From Patescibacteria group bacterium (GTDB lineage: Bacteria; Patescibacteriota; Patescibacteriia; UBA10025; JAHIVO01), in NCBI GenBank assembly GCA_041649335.1, contig JBAZNF010000001.1, positions 21,285 to 85,284 on the forward strand: a DNA stretch of 64,000 bases, in the 5' to 3' direction. The notes below the pieces were generated by a model. The model had not been told where the DNA came from, did no database searches, and saw only the letters and a list, made by a program, of their open reading frames with translations. The position numbers were made by a program, and so were the translations under genes. Shown here piece after piece: positions 27,246 to 36,812 of the stretch. Position 1 is the stretch's first letter. Every line of letters begins with the position of its first letter.

Positions 27246-28319
27246 TCAAACGCGTAACATATAGCTTAGTTGCTGTGGGTCGCTGGCATATTGCAGGGCG
27301 TCTTCCAGCTTGACTTCGTTGGTCTTGACCAGTTCGGCCAATGACCAGTCCAGCGAGACCATTCCTTCGGCCCGAGACGTTAAAATAATGTTGTTGATCT
27401 GGTACAGCGAGCCTTCCTTGATGAGCGATTGGATGGGCGGCGTTGAGGTCATGATTTCGGCCACAGCCACCTGTCCGCCTCCGATGCGGGGGACGAGCCG
27501 CTGGCAGATGACGGCGGCTAGGTTGGCAGCCAGGTGTTCGCGGATCTGCTGCTGTTCGTCTTTTGGATGTCCGGTGATGATCAGCTCCAGAGTTTTTATG
27601 ATAGTGTCAGCTTCCAGGTTGGCGATGACCAGCCGGCCGGACGTGGCGATATTCATGACCTGCTTGATGACCGCCGGGTTGGGGAGCTCGGACAGGAAAA
27701 CAATATCGATGTCTTCCTGGGTGACGTAGGAGAGTGCCTGTTCAAAACTGTTTGTATCGCGGCCTACCTCGCGCTGTTCAATGATGCTTTTCTGGTTATT
27801 GAAGAGGTATTCGATGGGTTTTTCTATAGTGAGGATATAGTTGGCTCGTTGCCGGTTAATATAGTCCAGGAGCGACGCCGAAGATGTAGTCTTGCCTGAA
27901 CCGAATGACCCGCTGAAGATGACCAGCCCTTTGGTCAGGTTGGCCAGGTTTTCCAGGGTGCTCGGCAGGCCGAGCGATCGGAGCGGCATGATAGTGTTGC
28001 CGATCAGCCGCAGATATGCCGCTACCTGGCCCTTTTGGTGGAAGACGTTTATACGGAACCGAGTTTGTTTCTGAAACTGATAGGCCAGGACGACTTCCTT
28101 GTTTTTTTCCAAGTTGGCAAGCTGGTCCGGGTCCAGAATCGTCTGGAGGAAGCCGCTCATGAATTCTCGGGTGATGATTTTTTCCTCCTCCAGGGTGATC
28201 AGTTTATTGTTCAGGCGGATAACCGGATGACTGCCGATCATCAGGTGAAGGTCTGAAGCTTTTTGTTCGGCCACCAGCCTGAGTATCTTGTCTATGGCCA
28301 ATTTTTCTTGTGTGTCCAT
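27246..28319 (-). CDS. pilT: Type IV pilus retraction ATPase PilT-like (PilT/PilU family)
   Basis: ASDLHL N-terminal motif, Walker A GSGKTT, and a length of about 357 aa. I chose the start at the Met 5 nt after the pth stop (MDTQEKL...). Confidence 0.8.
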   Translation of the reverse strand: MDTQEKLAIDKILRLVAEQKASDLHLMIGSHPVIRLNNKLITLEEEKIITREFMSGFLQTILDPDQLANLEKNKEVVLAYQFQKQTRFRINVFHQKGQVAAYLRLIGNTIMPLRSLGLPSTLENLANLTKGLVIFSGSFGSGKTTSSASLLDYINRQRANYILTIEKPIEYLFNNQKSIIEQREVGRDTNSFEQALSYVTQEDIDIVFLSELPNPAVIKQVMNIATSGRLVIANLEADTIIKTLELIITGHPKDEQQQIREHLAANLAAVICQRLVPRIGGGQVAVAEIMTSTPPIQSLIKEGSLYQINNIILTSRAEGMVSLDWSLAELVKTNEVKLEDALQYASDPQQLSYMLRV

Positions 28320-28323
28320 ATTG

Positions 28324-28854
28324 TTATATATGTATGGTTTCTTCCGAAATGCCGCTGTGTAGGTACCGGGCAATGGTTGCCTTGGCTTTATCCGTTATTG
28401 AGGGAATTTTTTCAAGCTCTTCAGGTGAAAATTTTTGTATGACGTAGGCGTCAGTAGGGATGTTTTCCGGCGGGCGCCCGATACCAAGGCGAATCCGCCA
28501 GAAATGCTGTGTGCCCAGGTGGTCGATAACCGACTGGACGCCGCGATGGCCGGCAGCCGAAGCGTTGACGTTTACGCGGATCGTCCCGAGCGGCAGGTCC
28601 ACCTCGTCATGCACAATCCAGATGTCTGATTGGTTGATTTTATAAAAGTTTTTAATCTCTGATACTGAACGCCCGGACTCGTTCATGTACGTTTGCGGCA
28701 GGCTGATCAGCGCGCTATTGGACAGCTTGGCGAACAACGAGGTGAATTTGTTATCGAAATGCTCAGCCAGCGGCTTGACCGACGCGGCGCCAAGATTATG
28801 CCTGGTCCCAGCGTATTCAGGCTCCGGATTTCCCAGTCCGACGATGAGGATCAT
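28324..28854 (-). CDS. pth: Peptidyl-tRNA hydrolase
   Basis: MILIVGLGNPEPEYAGTRHNLG. Confidence 0.92.
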   Translation of the reverse strand: MILIVGLGNPEPEYAGTRHNLGAASVKPLAEHFDNKFTSLFAKLSNSALISLPQTYMNESGRSVSEIKNFYKINQSDIWIVHDEVDLPLGTIRVNVNASAAGHRGVQSVIDHLGTQHFWRIRLGIGRPPENIPTDAYVIQKFSPEELEKIPSITDKAKATIARYLHSGISEETIHI

Positions 28855-28855
28855 A

Positions 28856-30175
28856 TTAATTGCGTTTACGGACGTTAATATTTATCGGAGTTCCGTTAAA
28901 ATCAATGTTGGTCCGGAGTTGTTTTTCCACCAAATTTATGACCGCCTGATTGATCGGTCCACGCCGGTTGGTCGAGAGGGTGAAGGTAGGCGGACGGTTT
29001 CCGGTTTGGGTCAGGCCGGTCAGTTTCGTTTCCGGGTGGTTTGATGCCCGTCCGTGCGGCAGGTGTATTCGGGAGATGGTGTTCCGCAGCTGGTCGGCCG
29101 GTATTTCTCTGAGACGTGCGGCCTGGACCATGAGAATGAGCTCCATCAGTTCATGGAGGCGTTGTTTCATTTCAGCCGAAATGAAGATAATCGGCGCCCA
29201 GGACAGCCAGGGGAAATACCGCTGGTACCGGTTGATAAAAAGATCCATGGTTTGGGGCGTTTTGTCGGGGATGGCGTCCCATTTATTGACGACTATAATT
29301 ATACCATTACGGCATTCCAGCGCGAGCTGGGCTATGGCCAGGTCCTGGACTGACAGGGGAGTAGTGGCATCAGTAATAAACAGCGATATGTCCGAATGCC
29401 GGATGGCCTGTTTTGTCTTCAGGATGCTGATTTTTTCAATATGTCCGGCTTTTCTTTCGTGCTTGCGTAATCCGGCTGTATCTACCAAAGTGATATGCTT
29501 ACCCTCAAAAGCTATGTCGGAATCCCGCGGCTCTCGGGTTGTATGGGGCAGGGGGCTGGTAATGGCCCAATCCTGGCCGAGCAGTGCGTTGACGAGTGAG
29601 GATTTGCCGACATTAGTTTTGCCGATGATGGAGACGCGGGCGTAGGCGGTTGGCACGGAAAATGGCGTTTCCCCGAGGCGGCTGACGATTACGTCCAGCA
29701 AATCGCCCGTCCCGGATCCTTTTAAGCCGGATAACAGGCTGGGTTCGCCCAGCCCGAGTGAGTACAGGTCCGGAGCGGCGCGTAGGCGTAGGCGCAGGTT
29801 ATCGGCCTTGTTCCCGGCGACAATGATTTGGCGTTTGATTTTTTTTAGATCGTGCGCGATTTTACGGTCAATTGAGGACAGTTCTTGCTGGCAGTCCGTA
29901 ACCAGGACGATCAGGTCAGCGTCGGTCAGGGCGTCTAGGGCTTTTTCCTGAACCTGTTTCTCTATCGGTCCGATCAGGCCGGCATCCAGTCCGCCTGAAT
30001 CAATCAGTTGAAAACTCTTGCCGCGCCAGGTGATGATGGCAAAATTCAGGTCCCGAGTGGTGCCCGGAACCGGGGAAATGATGGATTTGGTGACGCCGGA
30101 GAGCGTGTTGAAAAGGGTTGATTTTCCGACGTTGGTACGGCCGGCGAGCACGACTTTCGGCAAGGTGTGTGGCAT
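28856..30175 (-). CDS. der: Ribosome-associated GTPase Der/EngA (double GTPase + KH)
   Basis: Two G domains, GRTNVGKST and GKTNVGKSS. Confidence 0.95.
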   Translation of the reverse strand: MPHTLPKVVLAGRTNVGKSTLFNTLSGVTKSIISPVPGTTRDLNFAIITWRGKSFQLIDSGGLDAGLIGPIEKQVQEKALDALTDADLIVLVTDCQQELSSIDRKIAHDLKKIKRQIIVAGNKADNLRLRLRAAPDLYSLGLGEPSLLSGLKGSGTGDLLDVIVSRLGETPFSVPTAYARVSIIGKTNVGKSSLVNALLGQDWAITSPLPHTTREPRDSDIAFEGKHITLVDTAGLRKHERKAGHIEKISILKTKQAIRHSDISLFITDATTPLSVQDLAIAQLALECRNGIIIVVNKWDAIPDKTPQTMDLFINRYQRYFPWLSWAPIIFISAEMKQRLHELMELILMVQAARLREIPADQLRNTISRIHLPHGRASNHPETKLTGLTQTGNRPPTFTLSTNRRGPINQAVINLVEKQLRTNIDFNGTPININVRKRN

Positions 30176-30180
30176 AAAAA

Positions 30181-31698
30181 TTATAACGTCGTCCGGCGGG
30201 TAATCGATGTCGGAACTGTCCCGGCCGGCTGGGTAGTCTGGTCGGATCCCAGAATAATGAGAATGTCTATGGCTGGCTCGGTGTTTGTATTGTTATTGGC
30301 GTTGCCAAACGAGGTGCTGTTGGCGTTCAGGTAGTTCGCGGGCGGGTTTGCGGACAGTTTGGCATTGAGTGTTTTTTTCAGTCCGGCTAATGTATACGGT
30401 TTCGTACCTCCGGACAGGTCATAGATGACGGTCTGTGTTACCGGGATATCACTGGTGGTATTGGCTATTTTTACCACGTCATACTGCAAAGACGACAGAC
30501 GATCGGCTGTTTTGCCGGCTAAGCCCGTCTCTTCCGTGCCGTTCTGTACTTCGATTTTTGCCTGTTCGCGGATAATGAGTCCGGTGGAGAAAATGTTAGC
30601 GGCCATGGATTGGATGGTGGAATAGTCTCCTTCTTTCGGCCGGAGTATATACGCACCGTCCGTGCCCGTGTCCGATACCAGGAGCCCGTTGATGCTGTTG
30701 TCCAGTACCATATTGATGATGTTGTCTTTGCTGACATCCTTGGTCATTTTGCCCAGCTGGACCATTTCCCAGACTTCCATATTCGTCTGGTTATGGGTCC
30801 CGATATCGTTTAACACTGAAATGATGCTGCTGGGATTGATGATAGAATTTAGCGAGAAGAATTTGTTTTTCATCGCCAGGAGGATTTTTTGCTGGCGGGC
30901 TGAACGCGCAAAATCCGATCCTTCGCTGCAACACCCGTGCCGCGAGCGGGCGAACTGGAGGGCCCGTTCTCCGGACATGTGTTCCCACCCTTTCTTGAAC
31001 GTGATCGTTTGATAGCCGTAATTGTAGTCGGGGTATTGGGTGTCGGTAAAACTATTGTCGACGTATACGTCAATGCCGCCCAGGTCGTCGATGGCCTTGC
31101 GGAAACCTTCAAAATCAATACGGGCGTAATAATTGACCGGCTGGCCAATGACGTCGCTGACGACCTTGGATAACAACGCTTCGCCGCCGCCTGGATAGTC
31201 CAGGTCCGTTCCGAACGACAGGGCGTTGTTTATTTTCCTCCATCCGTACGTAGGGAATTCGACGACCAGATCGCGCGGGATGGATATCGTGGCGACGTCG
31301 CCGGTTGACGGCTTGATGCTGACAAAAATAAGCGTATCGGTCAGGTACGCCCCTTCATGGCCGGCCCCGCCAATGCCCGACAGGAGGATATTGATCCGGT
31401 CCGAGTCGGCCCCCTTCAGTTCATCTGCCGGATTGGAAACCAGATGGCTCAGCTGCTGGAAAAAACTGATTTTTTTACCCGAGGCGCTGTTCGTGCTGTT
31501 GATGGCGGAAATAAATTTCATGCCGAAAGCCAGACCGATCAGGAGAATGACGGATACCAATACCAGAGTCCAACGGAGCAGGTGTGTCTTGTGTTCGACG
31601 AGATGGACGGTATGATAGACGCTTGGGTCGATTTTGTTATGAAGTCCCGGTTCGCTGGATTCCTGGTCACCGTGCGGAGGATGCTGAGGAGTGGGCAT
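30181..31698 (-). CDS. LytR-CpsA-Psr (LCP) family cell-envelope phosphotransferase
   Basis: N-terminal TM and the LCP core (NILLSGIGG...YLTDTLIFVSI...ISIPRDL). Confidence 0.85.
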   Translation of the reverse strand: MPTPQHPPHGDQESSEPGLHNKIDPSVYHTVHLVEHKTHLLRWTLVLVSVILLIGLAFGMKFISAINSTNSASGKKISFFQQLSHLVSNPADELKGADSDRINILLSGIGGAGHEGAYLTDTLIFVSIKPSTGDVATISIPRDLVVEFPTYGWRKINNALSFGTDLDYPGGGEALLSKVVSDVIGQPVNYYARIDFEGFRKAIDDLGGIDVYVDNSFTDTQYPDYNYGYQTITFKKGWEHMSGERALQFARSRHGCCSEGSDFARSARQQKILLAMKNKFFSLNSIINPSSIISVLNDIGTHNQTNMEVWEMVQLGKMTKDVSKDNIINMVLDNSINGLLVSDTGTDGAYILRPKEGDYSTIQSMAANIFSTGLIIREQAKIEVQNGTEETGLAGKTADRLSSLQYDVVKIANTTSDIPVTQTVIYDLSGGTKPYTLAGLKKTLNAKLSANPPANYLNANSTSFGNANNNTNTEPAIDILIILGSDQTTQPAGTVPTSITRRTTL

Positions 31699-31872
31699 GA
31701 AACTCGAAATTATTGCTAATAAGGGGTAAGTAAAATTTACGGTATTATTGCCGGCTTACTGGGGAAATTATAATAGAAATTCTCGTTTTAGTCAAAATGG
31801 CCCTATACCGTGAAAGCACCTTTAAAATATTAGCCAAAATGGAATATTGTAGGATATAATGCATCCATCACT

Positions 31873-32598
31873 ATGGGCCAAAAAACTGTCATCATACTGC
31901 CAACATATAATGAGCGGGAAAACCTGCCGGGTATTGTGGCGGATATACTGCAGGCTGTGCCGGACAATGCTGGCATTATTGTCGTGGATGACAATTCACC
32001 GGATGGTACCGGGGCGGTAGCTGACGGGCTGGCCCGTAATAATTCACGCATCCATGTACTGCATCGGACCCGTAAAGCGGGTTTGGGCAGGGCCTATCTG
32101 GCCGGTTTCCAAGAAGCGCTGAAAGATCCGGAAGCAGAGTATATTTTTGAGATGGACGCGGATTTTTCCCATCAGCCGAAGTATATCCCTGATTTTTTAT
32201 CTCGGGCCCACGATGCGGACCTCGTCCTTGGTTCCCGGTATATTGCCGGAGGCGGCGTGGAGAATTGGAGCTGGTGGCGGCACGCTATCAGCTGGTTTGC
32301 CAACTGGACTATCCGAAAAATTCTCGGCATCCGCGTCTCTGACCTGACGGGCGGATACAAATGTTTCCGCCGGCGGGTGCTTGAGCGTCTTGATCTGGGC
32401 ACGGTCCAGTCCAACGGGTATAATTTTCAGATCGAGGTAACGTACCTGGCCAGACAAGCTGGATTTCGAATCGCTGAAGTACCGATAATTTTTATCGAGC
32501 GTCGGGCGGGTCTGTCCAAGTTCAATGCATCAATCATCCTGGAAAGCTTTTGGCAGGTATTGAAACTCCGATTCCGGAAGCCATCCCGTACCCCCTGA
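31873..32598 (+). CDS. GT2 polyprenol-phosphate mannosyltransferase (Dpm1-like)
   Basis: IILPTYNEREN...VVDDNSPDGT. Confidence 0.85.
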   Translation: MGQKTVIILPTYNERENLPGIVADILQAVPDNAGIIVVDDNSPDGTGAVADGLARNNSRIHVLHRTRKAGLGRAYLAGFQEALKDPEAEYIFEMDADFSHQPKYIPDFLSRAHDADLVLGSRYIAGGGVENWSWWRHAISWFANWTIRKILGIRVSDLTGGYKCFRRRVLERLDLGTVQSNGYNFQIEVTYLARQAGFRIAEVPIIFIERRAGLSKFNASIILESFWQVLKLRFRKPSRTP

Positions 32599-32701
32599 AT
32601 ATTGCCAAGGCAGGATGGTCAGCCTATACTACCAAAATAGTTGATTTATGGTTTGTTTTGTGCTATAATTCTTCTACTTGTCGCGTCCTGATTGAAAATA
32701 T

Positions 32702-32778
32702 GGACGATTAGCTCAGTTGGTTAGAGCGCGGCATTCACATTGCCGAGGTCGAAGGTTCAACTCCTTCATCGTCCACCA
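32702..32778 (+). tRNA. tRNA-Val (anticodon CAC)
   Basis: Cloverleaf GGACGAT...ATCGTCC-A-CCA with anticodon loop TTCACAT. Confidence 0.85.
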
Positions 32779-32809
32779 GACCCTAATTCTATTGACTAAA
32801 AAGCGCACT

Positions 32810-33436
32810 ATGAGATTATCGGCGGGGGATTATGATATTCGAAATAGCGAAACACGCAAAAAAGGCGCTGCGCCCGATCCCGGATCTGATTTCGCATCAT
32901 CACCGAGAGCCTTTATTGTTGAATTGGCAAAGATAGTGTTAATCGCTTTGGCTATCGTTATCCCGGTTAGATATTTCCTGTTCCAGCCGTTTTACGTAGA
33001 GGGCGCTTCCATGGAACCGAATTTTTCCGATTACCAGTATTTATTGATTGATGAAATCACCTACCGGTTTTCCGAACCGCAGCGCGGGGATGTGGTCGTC
33101 CTGAAAATTCCAAGCCAGCGCGATGCCCTGATCAAACGGGTGATCGGCCTACCGAACGAAACCGTGGAAATACGGAACCAGCGCGTGTTCATCACCCAGG
33201 CGGACGGGCAATCGGCCGAACTGAACGAACCTTACCTTGGCGACGGTATCGTGACTCCTGGCAGTTCCAGTACCACGCTTGGCCCTGATATGTATTTTGT
33301 CATGGGGGATAACCGCCCCGTCAGTCTGGATTCACGAATATTCGGGACAGTTATTAAGAAACAAATTATCGGTCGGGCCTGGCTGCGCGTCTGGCCGTTT
33401 AAGGAATTCGAACATTTTACTCCCCCGGTGTATTAA
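32810..33436 (+). CDS. lepB: Signal peptidase I
   Basis: Catalytic motifs GASMEPN and KRVIGLP, plus GDNR..SLDSR. The start was taken after tRNA-Val; the ORF-track start overlaps the tRNA. Confidence 0.85.
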   Translation: MRLSAGDYDIRNSETRKKGAAPDPGSDFASSPRAFIVELAKIVLIALAIVIPVRYFLFQPFYVEGASMEPNFSDYQYLLIDEITYRFSEPQRGDVVVLKIPSQRDALIKRVIGLPNETVEIRNQRVFITQADGQSAELNEPYLGDGIVTPGSSSTTLGPDMYFVMGDNRPVSLDSRIFGTVIKKQIIGRAWLRVWPFKEFEHFTPPVY

Positions 33437-33443
33437 CTTTTTT

Positions 33444-34103
33444 ATGCGACTTACCATCAGCGATTACGATATTGACAATAAGAAGGCCAAACAGGAAATA
33501 AAGGCGGAAAGCAAGGAAAAAAAATCCGGTCCACCGGCGTTTGCCGATTCACCGCGAAGTTTTATACTGGAGCTGGCCAAGATTGTCCTGATTGCCCTGG
33601 CCATCATCGTTCCGATCCGGTATTTTCTTTTCCAGCCGTTTTATGTGCGTGGCGCGTCTATGGAGCCGAGTTTTTATGATAACGAATATTTGATTATTGA
33701 CGAGATCACCTATCGCCTCGCTGACCCGCAGCGCGGGGACGTCGTTGTCATCCGCAATCCCAGCCAGACGAGCGAATTTTTTATCAAACGGATTATCGGC
33801 CTGCCCGGGGAGACCGTCGAAGCCGTGGATGGCCAGATACGCATCATCAACGCCCAGTATCCGGACGGGATTACCTTATCTGAGTCTTACCTAGCCGATG
33901 GCACACTGACAAATAACCTGACGGCGACCAGTGTCCCGGAAGGCAATTATTTTGTCATGGGGGACAACCGTTCAGTTAGTTTGGATTCACGTATCTTCGG
34001 TCCGCTGCCGCGGAAAGATATTGTCGGCCGGGCCTGGTTGCGCGTATACCCATTCTCTGATTTTCAGCATTTTACCCAGCCACTATATAATTTAACACCT
34101 TAA
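33444..34103 (+). CDS. lepB: Signal peptidase I, tandem paralog
   Basis: Same motifs (GASMEPS, KRIIGLPGE, GDNRSVSLDSR). Its N-terminus, MRLTISDYDIDNKK, closely matches that of the upstream copy. Confidence 0.85.
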   Translation: MRLTISDYDIDNKKAKQEIKAESKEKKSGPPAFADSPRSFILELAKIVLIALAIIVPIRYFLFQPFYVRGASMEPSFYDNEYLIIDEITYRLADPQRGDVVVIRNPSQTSEFFIKRIIGLPGETVEAVDGQIRIINAQYPDGITLSESYLADGTLTNNLTATSVPEGNYFVMGDNRSVSLDSRIFGPLPRKDIVGRAWLRVYPFSDFQHFTQPLYNLTP

Positions 34104-34107
34104 TAGT

Positions 34108-35496
34108 ATGAGCAAAAAAGGTTCGGACAAGCCAAAAAAAGTGCCTCAGCTCCTGCGCGGCATGAAGGACATCTTACCGGAAGAGCAACGTTTTTGGGAT
34201 TTTATCCGGCAGCGCATCGATGGGGTGGCGCAGACATACGGATTTTCCCGGATCGACACGCCGATACTGGAGGAAACGTCGTTGTTCGTGAGATCGATCG
34301 GACAGGAAACAGACGTGGTGGAAAAGGAGATGTACTCTTTCCTGGACAAGAGCAATGAGTCGGTTTCGCTGCGCCCTGAGGGCACGGCCGGCGTTGTCCG
34401 CGCGTATATAGAACACGGCATGCTCAACCGACCGCAACCGGTCAAGATGTTTTATACCGGACCGTTTTTTCGGTATGACCGACCGCAAGCCGGTCGATAC
34501 CGCCAGTTCTACCAGTTCGGGTTTGAGGTGCTGGGCGACGGCCATCCGGTCATTGACGCCCAGCTGATGATGCTGGCATACAGTCTGCTGTCAGAAATAG
34601 GTTTGCCGGTCACCCTACAGGTCAACAGCGTCGGATGTCCGACCTGCCGCGAGGCGTACAAGAAAGCGCTGAACGATTATTACCGTACCAGGAAGAACGC
34701 GATATGCGAAGACTGCAAACGGCGTCTGCAGAAAAATCCGCTCCGCCTGCTGGACTGCAAGGTGCCGGACTGTAAGCTTTTGGCGCAGGACGCGCCGCAG
34801 ACTGTTGATTATTTATGTGAAGCCTGTCATGCCCATTTCGTCAAAGTGCTGGAACACCTCGACGGGCTGGAGATACCGTATGTCCTCAATGCGCGTCTGG
34901 TCAGGGGCCTGGATTATTATACCGGCACCGCGTTTGAAATCTGGCCGGTCGCCCAGGACGAGAACGCCGAACCGCCCAACGCCATCTGCGGCGGGGGACG
35001 GTATGACATGCTGGTCAAGCAGCTGGGCGGGCCGCCGACTCCAGCCATCGGTTTTGCCGGCGGGATGGAACGGCTGGTCATTGAAATCAAGAACCGCGAC
35101 ATCAACGTGGGTATGCCGCCACCGCCGGACGTGTTTGTCGCCCAATTGGGTGATGCGGCCAGGAAAAAAGCGCTGACATTGTTCGAGGACCTCCGCCGGG
35201 CCGGCTTGAAAGTGGCTGAATCTTTTTCTAAGGACGGTATCAAGCCGCAGATGGAAATGGCGAATAAGTTGGGGGTGAAGTACGCCCTGATCATCGGCCA
35301 GAAGGAGATGCTGGACGGCACCATTCTGATCCGGGATATGGAAAACGGAATCCAGGAAACGGTTGATTTTCAGAAAATCATTTCGGAAATCCAGAAACGA
35401 TTGTCAAAAAATAACGTCAAGGCCACCAACCATAACCATATTGAGGTCGAGAGGACGCCGCCGCCGGAAACCGACTTAACAAAGTTGCCGATCTGA
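34108..35496 (+). CDS. hisS: Histidyl-tRNA synthetase
   Basis: Class II aaRS motifs (FRYDRPQAGRYRQFYQFG, GGGRYD). Confidence 0.95.
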   Translation: MSKKGSDKPKKVPQLLRGMKDILPEEQRFWDFIRQRIDGVAQTYGFSRIDTPILEETSLFVRSIGQETDVVEKEMYSFLDKSNESVSLRPEGTAGVVRAYIEHGMLNRPQPVKMFYTGPFFRYDRPQAGRYRQFYQFGFEVLGDGHPVIDAQLMMLAYSLLSEIGLPVTLQVNSVGCPTCREAYKKALNDYYRTRKNAICEDCKRRLQKNPLRLLDCKVPDCKLLAQDAPQTVDYLCEACHAHFVKVLEHLDGLEIPYVLNARLVRGLDYYTGTAFEIWPVAQDENAEPPNAICGGGRYDMLVKQLGGPPTPAIGFAGGMERLVIEIKNRDINVGMPPPPDVFVAQLGDAARKKALTLFEDLRRAGLKVAESFSKDGIKPQMEMANKLGVKYALIIGQKEMLDGTILIRDMENGIQETVDFQKIISEIQKRLSKNNVKATNHNHIEVERTPPPETDLTKLPI

Positions 35497-35499
35497 CCT

Positions 35500-35838
35500 A
35501 TGGCCGAGTGTATTTTTTGTTCCATCGCGTCCCATGCCGTACCGGCTGAGCTGGTCGCCGAGTCGGACAGTTTCATCGTGATAAAAGATATCCATCCACA
35601 GGCGCCGGTGCATCTGCTGATCGTTTCCCGTGAACACATCCCCTCGATCAATGACGTGGAGCCCCGCCACCAGGCCGTGGTGGGCGCCATGGTGGTAAAG
35701 GCTAAAGAGTTGGCCAAGCAATTCGGCTTGTCAAAAGGATATAAGCTGGTTATCAACTGCGGTACGGACGGTGGACAGGTAATTCCGCACCTCCATATTC
35801 ACCTTTTGGGGGGTAAAAAATTGAACGGTTTTACCTAA
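35500..35838 (+). CDS. HIT-family (histidine triad) nucleotide hydrolase
   Basis: CIFC...HLHIHLLGG. Confidence 0.9.
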   Translation: MAECIFCSIASHAVPAELVAESDSFIVIKDIHPQAPVHLLIVSREHIPSINDVEPRHQAVVGAMVVKAKELAKQFGLSKGYKLVINCGTDGGQVIPHLHIHLLGGKKLNGFT

Positions 35839-35894
35839 AGTTAGCAAAATATATATGCTGATAGATATAGGCATGGACGACCTCCATATCTATT

Positions 35895-35925
35895 TTGACA
35901 AAACGTTAATTTCTGTGTTATATTA
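35895..35925 (+). promoter_or_regulatory. Sigma70-like promoter (TTGACA-17-TTATAT) for rpsU-yqeY
   Basis: TTGACA at 35895-35900. Confidence 0.45.
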
Positions 35926-36032
35926 AACCTAGTTTTCTGTAATTTTATTAACCAGTAATCAACAGTACCCCTGCATCCGAGCAGAGAGATACCGGCACGG
36001 GTACTTATCTAATGAGGAGGTGAATTTATCAC

Positions 36033-36317
36033 GTGGTAGAAGTCAGAAGAAAAGAAGGCGAGTCGCCGGAAAGTCTGTTACGGCGGTTTACTAAAAAAGT
36101 CCAGGCCAGCGGTGTTCTTTTGCGGGCCAAACGCGGACGTTTTTATTCGTCCAAGAAGACAAAACTGGAAATGCGCGAAGTAGCCGCCAGACGGAAACTG
36201 ATCCAGGAAAAGAAGGAATTCCTCCGCAAGATCGGCAAGCTGGATGATTTCATCGACCCGAAGCGTCCGAATAAACGGGGTACCATAAAAAAATTACTCC
36301 AAGCCAGGGTCAAGTAA
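36033..36317 (+). CDS. rpsU: 30S ribosomal protein S21 (GTG start)
   Basis: GAGGAGGTGA RBS 9 nt upstream. The basic 94-aa protein has the S21 N-terminus (VEVRRKEGESPESLLRRFTKKVQASGVL). Confidence 0.85.
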   Translation: MVEVRRKEGESPESLLRRFTKKVQASGVLLRAKRGRFYSSKKTKLEMREVAARRKLIQEKKEFLRKIGKLDDFIDPKRPNKRGTIKKLLQARVK

Positions 36318-36330
36318 CGTATTTTTTTCC

Positions 36331-36780
36331 ATGAGCACAGAGGGCAGGATTACTGAGGATATCAAAACAGCCATGCGCGAGCATGATGATTTCGTGCTGA
36401 CGACACTGCGGATGCTGAAGAGCGCCATCCATAATGCAGCCATTGCCCAGCGGACTAAGACACTGGAAGAGCCGGACGTCGTCAAGACGCTCATGACCCA
36501 GGCGAAGCAGCGGCGGGATGCCATGACGGCATTTACGGCCGGCTCCCGATCTGACCTGGCTGATAAGGAACAGCGGGAATTGGGCATTATCGAAAAATAC
36601 CTCCCGAAACAATTATCGCCGGAGGAGGTTAAAAATATTGTTCAGGCAACTATAACTGAATTAGGCGGTCAGGGGCACGTTTTCGGAGCGGTCATGAAAG
36701 CCGTGATGGCCAAAACGGCCGGCCAGGCAGACGGCCAGGCGGTCAGCCGGGCTGTTAAGGAAGCCCTGGGTGGAAAATAA
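36331..36780 (+). CDS. yqeY: GatB/YqeY-domain protein
   Basis: YqeY family motifs, in the typical rpsU-yqeY arrangement. Confidence 0.85.
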   Translation: MSTEGRITEDIKTAMREHDDFVLTTLRMLKSAIHNAAIAQRTKTLEEPDVVKTLMTQAKQRRDAMTAFTAGSRSDLADKEQRELGIIEKYLPKQLSPEEVKNIVQATITELGGQGHVFGAVMKAVMAKTAGQADGQAVSRAVKEALGGK

Positions 36781-36812
36781 ATTACGACTAAAAAATATAC
36801 GCGTAATTATAC

